From: a bacterium
GTDB lineage: Bacteria > Patescibacteriota > Saccharimonadia > Saccharimonadales > SZUA-47
Assembly (NCBI GenBank): GCA_030428125.1
Contig: JAUIBF010000001.1
Location: 14,102-78,101 of the forward strand
DNA length: 64,000 nt
Reading direction: 5' to 3'
Shown here: positions 27,969 to 37,593 of the stretch, one piece after another
Numbering within the stretch: position 1 is the first letter of the stretch
Layout: each line of letters starts with the position of its first letter
Notes under the pieces: generated by a model
Told to the model about the DNA's origin: nothing
Database searches by the model: none
Seen by the model: only the letters and a program-made list of their open reading frames with translations
Position numbers and translations under genes: made by a program

Positions 27969-28571
27969 ATGGCCAAGCATAAACATTTAGAGAAAAATGC
28001 ACTGTTGCGACTTGCAGTGTTTGGGGTGGCAACAGTCGTTTTTGTTGCACTAAGCATCTTTGGGCTTATTAGAAACTCGCAGGGAGCCGTAGAGCGATAT
28101 GATGCGCTCAAAGCAGTGGATGAGTCCGGAGGAGATGTAGAATCGGCTTTAAATGACCTTAGAACTTATATATATAGTCATATGAACACGAGAATCGGTA
28201 GTGAATTAGGTCTAAGACCCCCAATTCAGCTAAGTGGTACGTACGAAAGATTGGTAGAGGCAGAAAGAGAACGAGTATCAAAAATAAACAGTGCTTTAGA
28301 GCCAAAAGCCATTACCTATTGTGAAGCGCGGAAACCCGATGGTTTTTCTGGACGTTATAGGCTTGACTGTATCGAGGAGTACAAGGACGAAAATGGAGCA
28401 AAAGAGCAACCAATCGAAGACGATTTTTACAAATTCGACTTTGCACCTCCTCGTTGGTCTCCTGACTTGGCTGGATTTAGTATATTGATTGCAGTAATTT
28501 CCGGAATTGCTTTTCTAGTACAGTTAATACTCTACTTTAGAGTTCGCCACGCAGTTCATTACAGTAATTAA
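27969..28571 (+). CDS. Hypothetical membrane protein
   Basis: Two TM segments flanking a soluble domain with a Cys pair. Confidence 0.7.
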   Translation: MAKHKHLEKNALLRLAVFGVATVVFVALSIFGLIRNSQGAVERYDALKAVDESGGDVESALNDLRTYIYSHMNTRIGSELGLRPPIQLSGTYERLVEAERERVSKINSALEPKAITYCEARKPDGFSGRYRLDCIEEYKDENGAKEQPIEDDFYKFDFAPPRWSPDLAGFSILIAVISGIAFLVQLILYFRVRHAVHYSN

Positions 28572-28600
28572 AAAACCACCCAAATAAAGGGTGGTTTTTT
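28570..28600. terminator. Bidirectional terminator
   Basis: AAAAAACCACC/GGTGGTTTTTT between convergent genes. Confidence 0.85.
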
Positions 28601-28617
28601 AGGTTCCTGATTTTTAA

Positions 28618-29322
28618 CTATGGAGTAGTTGTTTCAGGTGTCTCGGTTTCGGTTTCGGTTTCAGTGTCAGCTGGGGTCGTGTCTTCCGTTGTCGGAGTGT
28701 CATCGACTTCTTCTGTTCCGGTTGGTTGTGTTTGCTGATTCTGCTGAGTCTGTCGACCGTTAGCATCAAATTCCTTGATTGCAGTTACAACTTGACCATC
28801 ATCTTTTAGGTTTTCCCAGTAAAGAACCTTGTCTCTAGCGATAAACATTTCATCTTCAGGGCCATGAAGCTCGTTGCCCAGCTTTGCAAGGCTAATGTTT
28901 GCTTGTTGTTGTTGGTTTTCACCTTGTGGCTGGATAGGATTTTCAACTCGAACGTAGAATATATCAGTTAGGTGGTACAGGCTACTGTTGTAGATAGCCA
29001 GTTTACCAAAGTAAACTTGTCCATCTTGGCTGTCTAGGAATATGGCCTGATAGCGATCTTTATTAATCAGATCGGCCTCTTTATTTCCTGATCCACCACC
29101 AAATACTAGTCCGACAATTAAAGCCGCAATAATAACCGTTACTGCAAATAACAAGAATACAGGCACTATTTTGTGAAGTGCTGATTCTCCTTTATCGCTT
29201 TTGCCACTGTTCATTGGCTTAAAAGACTGAGTTGGTTGTTCGTTGTTTTGTCCGTGACTGCCTGTGTTTTGAGTATTTTGAGGCATCTGTCCTGGGCGAT
29301 TGCCTCTGTTGGCAAAATCCAT
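28618..29322 (-). CDS. Membrane-anchored hypothetical protein
   Basis: YQAIFL..GQVYFGKL..LGNELHGPED motif; ATG 29322 follows an AGGTGG RBS. Confidence 0.75.
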   Translation of the reverse strand: MDFANRGNRPGQMPQNTQNTGSHGQNNEQPTQSFKPMNSGKSDKGESALHKIVPVFLLFAVTVIIAALIVGLVFGGGSGNKEADLINKDRYQAIFLDSQDGQVYFGKLAIYNSSLYHLTDIFYVRVENPIQPQGENQQQQANISLAKLGNELHGPEDEMFIARDKVLYWENLKDDGQVVTAIKEFDANGRQTQQNQQTQPTGTEEVDDTPTTEDTTPADTETETETETPETTTP

Positions 29323-29503
29323 TTCCCACCTATCCTTTCTTTTCACAAAAGTGTTGTTTATACAAATTTCAGTTTAATGCATAAGCAGTATCTAAAGCAA
29401 CCACTTTTTACGCCTAAGTGATAAAAATAGTTGACAAGTGTTTGCTAGAGGGGGTATGGTGAGATTACCAAATTAAAGTTAAGAGGGGAGCGCTGACAAA
29501 GCC

Positions 29504-29704
29504 ATGGCTTACAAGCACACAAACTCAAAGGGTGTAACTTACTATCTAAACTCGAAGGACGTAACACTCCGAGGTGGTAAGACACAAACTATCTATTATT
29601 TCTCAAAGGACGAACGACCAGAAGCTGTTGACGCAGTTCCAGCTGGTATGCAAGTCAACGAAAACCCACGAAACGGTTTCTTGACTGTTAGCCGCAAGAA
29701 ATAA
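29504..29704 (+). CDS. Small basic hypothetical protein
   Basis: 66 aa; TTGACA promoter upstream and terminator downstream. Confidence 0.8.
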   Translation: MAYKHTNSKGVTYYLNSKDVTLRGGKTQTIYYFSKDERPEAVDAVPAGMQVNENPRNGFLTVSRKK

Positions 29705-29802
29705 TCTCTACACTAAAAAGTAGATCAAAATAGCCCAAGCCTCAAAACAGCTGGGCTATTTTTAGTTGCAACAGATAAAACAAATGGATAAAGTAGTAGT
29801 TA

Positions 29803-30573
29803 ATGAGTAAAAGGGATACTAAAAACATTGTTACGGTCAAGAACCTGACCAAAACTTACGATGACAAAAACGTAGTCGATGGTATTAGTTTTGAGGTAAA
29901 AAAAGGCGAAATTTTCGGCATTCTAGGTCCAAATGGTGCCGGCAAGACCACAACTCTAGAAATGCTGGAGACAATGCGTGAAATTGATGGGGGTGAAGCG
30001 CTAATTGCCGGAATTGATGTTAAAAAACAACCCAATAAAGTCAAAGAAATAATTGGCGTGCAACCCCAGACGCCTAACTTTGAAGAAAAAACCAAACTAA
30101 CTGAAATAATCGACTTTCTCGCATCTTGTTACGGCGAAAAAGTCGATGCCAAAGAAATCCTAAAAAGCGTTCAACTGGAAGAAAAGGCCAGTTCTTACCC
30201 TGAGCAACTTTCAGGTGGCCAGAGGCAGAGATTCAGTATCTCGACAGCACTCGTTCACGGGCCCAAAGTATTCTTCCTAGACGAGCCAACAACCGGCTTA
30301 GACCCGCAAGCTAGACGTAACCTATGGGATCTTGTCAAGCAAGTGCGCGATAGAGGAATAACCGTGATTATGACTACGCACTATATGGATGAAGCAGAGT
30401 TATTGTGTGATAGAGTTGCTGTTATGGATGAGGGCAAAATAATTGCCCTAGACACCCCAAAGAAACTGATTAAACAACTGCTAGCCAAGGGATTCAAGAA
30501 AGAACAACATGTCGAGCAAGCTGACCTAGAAGATGTGTTTATTGACCTAACCGGAAAGGCTTTGAGGGAATAA
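29803..30573 (+). CDS. ABC exporter ATP-binding subunit
   Basis: GPNGAGKTT, LSGGQ, DEPTTGLD. Confidence 0.95.
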   Translation: MSKRDTKNIVTVKNLTKTYDDKNVVDGISFEVKKGEIFGILGPNGAGKTTTLEMLETMREIDGGEALIAGIDVKKQPNKVKEIIGVQPQTPNFEEKTKLTEIIDFLASCYGEKVDAKEILKSVQLEEKASSYPEQLSGGQRQRFSISTALVHGPKVFFLDEPTTGLDPQARRNLWDLVKQVRDRGITVIMTTHYMDEAELLCDRVAVMDEGKIIALDTPKKLIKQLLAKGFKKEQHVEQADLEDVFIDLTGKALRE

Positions 30574-30576
30574 ACT

Positions 30577-31695
30577 ATGTCTGACTTACGAAAAGCCCTT
30601 TTGCCTATAACTACCTTTGTTCCGATGGATATAAAACGTCTTTTTCGCGACAAAGTTGCAATTTTCTTCGTATTTGTTTTTCCATTAATTTTCCTACTCA
30701 TTTTCGGGAGTATTTTTAGTGGTGACAACAATGTATCTTTTAGAATTGCTGTGTTTAACGAATCCGACTCAGAAATTGCAAATGGTCTAGAATCACAGAT
30801 GATAGATAATGATTTCTTCGATGTTGATGAAGAAGTTACGACTACCGTTCAAGCTAATGAAAAAATGGGTCGTGGGCAACTTGATGCAACTGTAACTTTG
30901 CCCTCAGATTTCGGCCATTCTCAGGAAGGCTCAAGTGGTCCATCCGGAAATATTGAGATTACCTACAACCAATCAAACGAAAATGCAGGTCGTACTCTAG
31001 CGTCAGTTTTGGATTCTATGATGAACGAAGTCAATTCTCAATTTGTTGATACTTCTGTACCGTTTACAGTCACTGCTGAATCTACTGCTAGCGAAGGATT
31101 GACCCAGTTCGATTATACATTCTCAGGCATTCTAGGCTTTACACTACTTTCACTTGGGGTTTTTGGCCCAACAACTGTATTTCCAAGGTTGAAACAAAAA
31201 GGAGTTTTACGACGCTACAAATCAACTCCACTGAAGGTCTGGCAGTTCTTTGTTGCTAACGTGCTATCTAATGCGTTTGTTGGTTTGCTGGCACTAATTA
31301 TCATGTTCTTGGCCGCAGTATTCATTTTTGATCTAAATATGCGTGGAAGCATAATCAATCTTTCAATTGTGGTGGTTCTGGGCACGATATTGTTGTTTGG
31401 AATTGGTCTAGCCGTTGGTGGATGGGCGAAAAATGAAAATCAAGCAGCACCAATAGCACAATTGGTTACTTTGCCAATGATGTTCCTGAGCGGCGTGTTC
31501 TTCCCAGTTTTCTTGATGCCAGAATTACTCCAGAACATCACTAGATTCATACCACTAACACCGATAATTGACTCCATCCGTTTGGTTATAACCGAAAATG
31601 CTAGCTTAATCGACTTAGCTCCTGAACTAGGAATTATGATCGGCTGGACGGTGATTATTTATCTGATTGCTTTCAAACTCTTCTCTTGGGAGTAG
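30577..31695 (+). CDS. ABC-2 type permease
   Basis: 6 TM segments; FLSGVFFP..P motif. Confidence 0.9.
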   Translation: MSDLRKALLPITTFVPMDIKRLFRDKVAIFFVFVFPLIFLLIFGSIFSGDNNVSFRIAVFNESDSEIANGLESQMIDNDFFDVDEEVTTTVQANEKMGRGQLDATVTLPSDFGHSQEGSSGPSGNIEITYNQSNENAGRTLASVLDSMMNEVNSQFVDTSVPFTVTAESTASEGLTQFDYTFSGILGFTLLSLGVFGPTTVFPRLKQKGVLRRYKSTPLKVWQFFVANVLSNAFVGLLALIIMFLAAVFIFDLNMRGSIINLSIVVVLGTILLFGIGLAVGGWAKNENQAAPIAQLVTLPMMFLSGVFFPVFLMPELLQNITRFIPLTPIIDSIRLVITENASLIDLAPELGIMIGWTVIIYLIAFKLFSWE

Positions 31696-31699
31696 AGTT

Positions 31700-31768
31700 T
31701 CATGAGAGGAGGTGACTCCTCCCCTCATCGCGCAGGAAAACGGAATAAATCCGTTTTGCTGGCTACTC
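31700..31768. repeat. Structured REP-like double-hairpin element, copy 2
   Basis: TCATGAG..CTCATCGCGC..CGGAATAAATCCG..GGCTACTC, inverted relative to copy 1. Confidence 0.7.
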
Positions 31769-31846
31769 CCCACCCAAAGAAAAAGCCACCCTTACAAATG
31801 GGTGACTTTTCTGGTTCCAGCTGGCGCTAAATTACTTTTGTAACTC

Positions 31847-31906
31847 TTACTTCTTCGCAAGAAGGTTGCGCAGCCATTTCGAAATCGCTGGTAACCGCCG
31901 CTTCAT
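31847..31906 (-). CDS. Putative 19-aa cationic amphipathic peptide MKRRLPAISKWLRNLLAKK
   Basis: Lies inside a unit bounded by an extended -10 (TGATAGAAT) and a terminator (31779-31812). Confidence 0.4.
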   Translation of the reverse strand: MKRRLPAISKWLRNLLAKK

Positions 31907-31989
31907 GAAGACGGCTGTCTCTCAAGACGCTTTTATTCTATCACAAGTTTGCATTAAGCAATAGGATTATGCGTAGTATTTTTAACATA

Positions 31990-32092
31990 CAAAAAGGCCG
32001 GCTTATTGCCGGCTAATTTGTCCTTTTGCGAAGAAGTAAGAGTGCAAGCACACATGGTCTATGCGTGCTGTCAAGCAGTATGCTTGCGTACT
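31990..32092 (-). ncRNA. Putative ~100-nt sRNA complementary to the neighbouring transcript
   Basis: TTGCAC-N17-TACAAT promoter, GCCGGC/GCCGGC-TTTTT terminator, 18-nt perfect complement to 31843-31860. Confidence 0.55.
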
Positions 32093-32235
32093 AGATTGTA
32101 TAATGTCAACTACTTTTGTGCAATATTAGTGTTCAAAAGTACAACAAATAACTCTTTAAAGGCGCTAATGTGATATTAATCAAAGTTGTAAAAACTATTG
32201 AAAAATAAGCACAAACGTGATATAATACTAATACT

Positions 32236-32544
32236 ATGCCAAATACTCCAGATAACACACCTAGCGCTGATGCCCGAGAGGCTTATGCCGGCAAAAACCC
32301 AGACTCTGATTACGGTGGCCGCTGGCAAGTGCCAGGCAGTGGGGTAGTTGGCAGTTCTGTTGAATCTGTGCCTGTTGATGTGCCTAAGGTTCCAGAACAA
32401 CTAGACTTATTTGATCAGCCGACAGATACTCCTACACAAAGCTCTCCTAAAAAAGACAAGTACGGTCATGTAGAAGGCGCCGCCGCACGAGCATTACGTG
32501 CAGCCGACCAAGCATATATCCGTAGCCAACTAAGAGGTAAATAA
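32236..32544 (+). CDS. Hypothetical protein
   Basis: ORF directly after TTGAAA..TGATATAAT; contains QLDLF. Confidence 0.6.
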   Translation: MPNTPDNTPSADAREAYAGKNPDSDYGGRWQVPGSGVVGSSVESVPVDVPKVPEQLDLFDQPTDTPTQSSPKKDKYGHVEGAAARALRAADQAYIRSQLRGK

Positions 32545-32545
32545 T

Positions 32546-33325
32546 ATGCCGCCACAATCAAAGCCAGTTCAACCTGAGCTAGAGGGGATGCCGCAAAGTC
32601 CGGCAAACCCAAACAGAAAATACGCCTTCGGCGGATTTATAAAAGCTGAAATATATGATGTATTTGGTGAACTACCAACCGATGAGTTGACGCAGGCCGA
32701 AAAAGACTGGTTTACACCTAGGCGTTTAGAGCAAATTTGCTTAGTCAGCCATGAAGATAAGCAGGTATATAACGAACGCGAACGCTTTGCTGGTGTGCTA
32801 CTGAGTGCTTACGAACGAACCGCTTTGCTTTATGCTCCAGAAAACCTAGGCAACCGAGCACTAGCCAGAACCCTAAATGCCAGCACTGAAGTTGATGAAG
32901 AAGCAATTGAGAGAAGCAAGCGTAGTTCAGTGCATGCTATAGAGCGGAAAGTAGAAGGCATGAAGGCCCACACCGAAAGTTTAACCACTAGGCGCAGCGA
33001 TATAATTGAACTGCACAAAGAAGCTAGAGCACCAGGTTATGCTCATAAACCTAAAGAGCGCATGCAACAGCTATTTTCTGCATCTTGGCAGGAGCTGCTG
33101 AACTTAGTCGACATTCTTCAAGAAAAACGTGGTTATGATGATGAACAGAAACAAAAACTGCTGGCCTCCGCTGTAAATTATCTGACGACTGGTCCACAAA
33201 AAGATCGAGTAAAAAACTGGAAAGAGTTGTTGGAGTTCCAGATTCGGTACCTCAACGCCCGGGTTGGAATTTTTGAACGCCGCATAAAAGTTTCTGAATC
33301 GGTACTAGAACAGGCTGAAGTATAA
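32546..33325 (+). CDS. Hypothetical helical protein
   Basis: 259-aa ORF coupled to the upstream gene. Confidence 0.7.
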   Translation: MPPQSKPVQPELEGMPQSPANPNRKYAFGGFIKAEIYDVFGELPTDELTQAEKDWFTPRRLEQICLVSHEDKQVYNERERFAGVLLSAYERTALLYAPENLGNRALARTLNASTEVDEEAIERSKRSSVHAIERKVEGMKAHTESLTTRRSDIIELHKEARAPGYAHKPKERMQQLFSASWQELLNLVDILQEKRGYDDEQKQKLLASAVNYLTTGPQKDRVKNWKELLEFQIRYLNARVGIFERRIKVSESVLEQAEV

Positions 33326-33335
33326 TAGTCATCTG

Positions 33336-34280
33336 ATGAGCAAGCCGTTTTTTGTACTAGCCCCAATGGATGATGTTACCGATACGGTATTTCGACGTGT
33401 TGTTGATGATTGTGCTTCGGCTGATTACTACGTCACAGAGTTCGTGAATGTAGACGGGCTTTGCAGTGCGGGACGGGAAAGAATCTTGCCTAAACTCAGT
33501 ACACAGCAGGACAAGGGCACCGTTATTGCTCAAATATGGGGTAAAAAACCAGAAAACTTCGAAACAATCGCCAGAGAGATTGCAGACGGAACAATTCAGG
33601 GGTTTTCTGGAGTTGATATTAATTTTGGTTGTCCTGACAAAGCTGTAGTTAAGAATGAATGTTGTTCTGCCATGCAGCAGCCACACTTGCGAGAGCAAGC
33701 AGGAGAGCTAATCCAGGCAACTTTGGATGGTCTGGGTGGACGGCTCCCATTAACCCTTAAAACTAGACTGGGCTTCAAAGACATTGACTATACTTGGCAC
33801 GAATTTTTATTGAGTTTTAAACCGATGATGCTTACTGTGCATGTCCGGACCACAAAACAAATGAGCAAAGTTCCAGCCAAGTGGGAAGCGATTTTACCGA
33901 TACTTGAATTAAGAGATAAAATTTCACCCGAAACCAAGATAGTATTGAATGGTGACATAGTTGACCGTAAACACGGAGAAGAACTGGCAGAAAAATATGG
34001 CGTGGATGGAATCATGATTGGCCGTGGAATCTTCCACAATCCGTATTGCTTCGAGGAGAAAGACATCTGGTCAGAAATGGGTAGAGAAGAGCGAATTGAA
34101 CTGTTTAAAAAACACCTAGAACTATTCGAAAATACTTACAAAAACGGTGAACGAAAATTTAATCCATTGAAGAAATTTGCCAAAATATACATCTCTGACT
34201 TTCCTGGTGCATCAGAACTACGCGACAAAGTCATGCACACCAACTCTGTCGAGGGAGCCCTAGAAGTAATTAATACATAA
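33336..34280 (+). CDS. dus: tRNA-dihydrouridine synthase
   Basis: LAPM, DINFGCP, KTRLG, NGDI, MIGRG. Confidence 0.93.
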   Translation: MSKPFFVLAPMDDVTDTVFRRVVDDCASADYYVTEFVNVDGLCSAGRERILPKLSTQQDKGTVIAQIWGKKPENFETIAREIADGTIQGFSGVDINFGCPDKAVVKNECCSAMQQPHLREQAGELIQATLDGLGGRLPLTLKTRLGFKDIDYTWHEFLLSFKPMMLTVHVRTTKQMSKVPAKWEAILPILELRDKISPETKIVLNGDIVDRKHGEELAEKYGVDGIMIGRGIFHNPYCFEEKDIWSEMGREERIELFKKHLELFENTYKNGERKFNPLKKFAKIYISDFPGASELRDKVMHTNSVEGALEVINT

Positions 34281-34309
34281 GCGATTTTCGTGTAAAATGT
34301 AACTAACAC

Positions 34310-35872
34310 ATGGCACGGATATCAAAACGTATAAAGAAGCCTAAGAAAGTCCTATATTTTAAAGGATATCTTAAGAATGATTTAGAGTTTGTTGACCCTG
34401 GTCGCTTACGTGAGAAGATTAACGAGCAGGCTCATTTTTCGATTCTTTACATAACTCTTCTAGTTACTTCTGTCTTAGTATGTACGCTAGGTTTGCTGAC
34501 CGACAGCACAGCCATTGTTATTGGTGGTATGTTGATTGCTCCCCTGATGTGGCCGTTAGCAAGACTCGGATTCGGCATTGCTCACCGTTCAAAAGTCCAT
34601 CTATATAGAGGATTTGCGCTCGTATTGGCAAGCATTATTGTCGGGACATTGAGTGCTTACATAATTACTTCAATTTCGCCGATTAAGGTGATCAACGACG
34701 AAATTTTAGCCAGAACTTCACCTACTCTAATGGATTTATTCATTGCACTTGCAGCAGGTGTAGTTGCAGCTATAGCAATCACCCAAAAGAAAATCGCCGA
34801 TTCATTAGCTGGCGTGGCTATCGCAGTCTCATTGATGCCACCGTTGTGCACAGTAGGAATTGCTTTGTCACTCAGAAACGTTCCATACAGTCTAGGCGCG
34901 CTATTGCTGTTTGCTGTTAATGCAGCATGTATTACTCTGGTTACTACCATTGTGTTTATATGGACTCAGCATGCCCGAAAAGAACAAGTCCATATCGCCA
35001 AAAAAGCTGCAGCAGTGAACTTGTTTTTCGTTTTGCTCCTTTCCATCCCTTTAGTAGGGTTCTTGCGTTCGTATAGTTTTGAGCTGCAGTCGTATGGAAT
35101 CATTACCAACGAAATGAATAAATACATTGACGACAAAGATCCAGCCGCGGCTTTTGAGAATATTAATATTGAACAAACCGACAGGTCCACCTTAGCGATA
35201 TCTGCAGATTTACTAATACCAACAGATATTTCATACACTTTTGAAGATAACGATAAGTTAATAAGTACACTAGAAGCAAAATTAAACAAAGAAGTTTTAT
35301 TAAATTTACGAATTCAAGAAATTATTGAACCAATTAGTAAGGACCAAAAGGACAACGAGGCCTTAATTACAAATTTAAACCACAGATTGTCCGAAGAATT
35401 AACCAGCATAGACAGCTCGTATAAAGTTAGTTCTGTAAGTGTAGTAGAAAACGAATCGGGTGGGTGGATTATTTCTTCAGAAGTACTGACTAGTCCCGAC
35501 GCTGTCCCGACATCAGATACGGTTACGAATTTAAGCGATCTTTTGAGTCGTGAGTTTAACGAAAACGTAAAAGTTAACATCACATTCCTGCCACAATTAA
35601 CCCTGAGGTCTGATGAGCAGTCACTAGTCGATGAAATCCAAGAAACAGTGGAGAACTCTACTGCTAGCAGAAATCCGACTTCACAGGTGAGCAATCTGGT
35701 TTACACGTCTAATAATTTAGGCAACAGAGTGGTATTTACGATTACTACCAGTACCCCCGAGCTATACTCAGAGGAATTCATAGACGAAATTCGAAGCATT
35801 CTTCAGTCGCAGCTAGACGAAGTTGTGTCGATTAGAGTTAGGCTTGTAGCCGCTGTAGATATCGAAGGCTGA
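34310..35872 (+). CDS. DUF389 / TIGR00341 family membrane protein
   Basis: STAIVIGGMLIAPLM, EILARTSP, GVAIAVSLMPP. Confidence 0.9.
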   Translation: MARISKRIKKPKKVLYFKGYLKNDLEFVDPGRLREKINEQAHFSILYITLLVTSVLVCTLGLLTDSTAIVIGGMLIAPLMWPLARLGFGIAHRSKVHLYRGFALVLASIIVGTLSAYIITSISPIKVINDEILARTSPTLMDLFIALAAGVVAAIAITQKKIADSLAGVAIAVSLMPPLCTVGIALSLRNVPYSLGALLLFAVNAACITLVTTIVFIWTQHARKEQVHIAKKAAAVNLFFVLLLSIPLVGFLRSYSFELQSYGIITNEMNKYIDDKDPAAAFENINIEQTDRSTLAISADLLIPTDISYTFEDNDKLISTLEAKLNKEVLLNLRIQEIIEPISKDQKDNEALITNLNHRLSEELTSIDSSYKVSSVSVVENESGGWIISSEVLTSPDAVPTSDTVTNLSDLLSREFNENVKVNITFLPQLTLRSDEQSLVDEIQETVENSTASRNPTSQVSNLVYTSNNLGNRVVFTITTSTPELYSEEFIDEIRSILQSQLDEVVSIRVRLVAAVDIEG

Positions 35873-35877
35873 TAAAT

Positions 35878-36219
35878 TTACTGGTGGTATTTTTCGCCCC
35901 ATTCGGCCATTTTTACTAGGACTTCCTGTAGTTCCTGGCCTTTTGCAGTAAGACCGTATTTATAGCGAGGAGGGTGTTCGTTATACTTATTCTTTGTAAT
36001 AATTTCTGAGATTTCGAGTTTTGACAGTCTATCGCTCAACGTTCTAGGGCTAATACCGGCTAAGTCAATCTCGAGCTCGCCAAACGTTTTTTGTCCCGAC
36101 ACCAGTTGCCCGAGTAACAGGGGGGTCCACTTGTCTCCAAGAATTTTCAAAGCAGACTGTATGCAGCCAGGACGCTTTTCGATGCTCATGCAAGCAGGTT
36201 TGACGGTTTGAAATGCCAT
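35878..36219 (-). CDS. HxlR-family winged-helix regulator
   Basis: C..ALKILGDKW, ISPRTLS, PPRYKYGLT. Confidence 0.9.
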   Translation of the reverse strand: MAFQTVKPACMSIEKRPGCIQSALKILGDKWTPLLLGQLVSGQKTFGELEIDLAGISPRTLSDRLSKLEISEIITKNKYNEHPPRYKYGLTAKGQELQEVLVKMAEWGEKYHQ

Positions 36220-36241
36220 TTCCCTACCATTTTATCACAAA

Positions 36242-36264
36242 GTAACTTTACAAAGTGTAGTTAC
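36242..36264. promoter_or_regulatory. Candidate HxlR operator
   Basis: GTAACT-N11-AGTTAC inverted repeat in the divergent promoter region. Confidence 0.5.
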
Positions 36265-36331
36265 GTGTAGTACTGTAGAGACTGCACTGTTACTATAAAT
36301 AGTAAAGTGACAATACAAACTAGTGTGATTT

Positions 36332-36916
36332 ATGTCACATTCTCTTAAAAATAAGGATTTTATTATGGTTAAAAATATTAAACTTATAGTCGGCTCTACT
36401 AGGAATGGTCGCAAAGCGCGAATGGTCGCAGAATGGCTACAAAAACAAGCTAAAGATGAAAATTACGATCTAGAAATTATAGACCTTAGAGACATGAACC
36501 TGCCACTTTTCGATTCGGCTGTATCCCCGGCCTATATGGATGTCGATACACCAGAAGCAAAAAACTGGTCAAAAGTTATTACTGACTCTGACGGATTAGT
36601 TTTTCTAACAGCAGAGCACAATAGAAGTATCCCTGCTTCTTTAAAGAGTGCAATCGATTATTTGTTTAAGGAATGGGAAGGTAAGCCAACGGCTATTGTA
36701 AGTTACGGTTTCATTGATGGTGGAGCTAGCGCTACTAATCACCTCAAAGATATCTTAAACTGGTGCAAAGTAAACCTTGTAGAACCAAATGTAGCACTTC
36801 CCTTTACGCAAGATACCTTCGATAGTAATTCTGGAGAAATTGCAGACGCAGACAAATCTTTCTCAGAGCATAGAGAAGATTTCATCAAATCACTGGAAGC
36901 AATTGAGAACGCATAA
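36332..36916 (+). CDS. NAD(P)H-dependent FMN reductase
   Basis: GSTR.GR, EHNRSIPASLKSAID, WEGKP; start may be 36365. Confidence 0.9.
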   Translation: MSHSLKNKDFIMVKNIKLIVGSTRNGRKARMVAEWLQKQAKDENYDLEIIDLRDMNLPLFDSAVSPAYMDVDTPEAKNWSKVITDSDGLVFLTAEHNRSIPASLKSAIDYLFKEWEGKPTAIVSYGFIDGGASATNHLKDILNWCKVNLVEPNVALPFTQDTFDSNSGEIADADKSFSEHREDFIKSLEAIENA

Positions 36917-37033
36917 TTAAACAAAATAGTTTTTAATCACTGATGACATAATTTCTGTCTTCCTTTCTTGTGTGGAATTAACAGAGTAAATTCAGTATAA
37001 TAGGTCCCAGTTATTTAGATAGTGTCTCTGGTT

Positions 37034-37109
<76 letters not shown>

Positions 37110-37142
37110 AGAAATGCTGTCTTTTTAATGTAAAATGAAAGT

Positions 37143-37592
37143 GTGATGGAATTCATCCAAAACAAAATTAACCAGATTAAAAAACTCCTTCAGGAAAAAG
37201 GTCTATACGACGTTAGGGTTTTAGCTCTAGTCGGCGTCGGAGTAATTGCCATTAGTGTATTTTGGAATGGAGCCAACATAGTTCAGCAAAATTACGAACT
37301 TGCACAAAAAGTAGAGGCTATTGAGCAAGAAAATGAGATTTTGAGACTAGAAAATCAAAATAAAGAACTCAGAAATGAATATTTAGCAACAGACGAATTT
37401 GCAGAAATCACTGCACGCCGAATTCACGGTAAAGCATCTCCTGGTGAGCGAGTTTATATAGTCCCCAAAGACGTTGCTCTAGATGCACTGAGTGAAGACG
37501 CTGAAGAAGACGAAGGGCAATTGACTCAACATGAAAAGCCTGCCTGGCAGAAGAACCTAGAATCTTGGGTAAATATTTACTTCGGTAGCTAG
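37143..37592 (+). CDS. Septum formation initiator family protein (FtsB/DivIC-like)
   Basis: TM segment + coiled coil + E..AR......PGE motif. Confidence 0.8.
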   Translation: MMEFIQNKINQIKKLLQEKGLYDVRVLALVGVGVIAISVFWNGANIVQQNYELAQKVEAIEQENEILRLENQNKELRNEYLATDEFAEITARRIHGKASPGERVYIVPKDVALDALSEDAEEDEGQLTQHEKPAWQKNLESWVNIYFGS

Positions 37593-37593
37593 T

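Noticed and set aside
28640..28665. GGTTTC tandem repeat
   Set aside because: It simply encodes the TETETE low-complexity tail.
31812..31935. tmRNA piece (ends GCCAGCTGGAACCA)
   Set aside because: No T-loop or acceptor pairing, no GGGG 5' end, and the peptide does not resemble a degradation tag.
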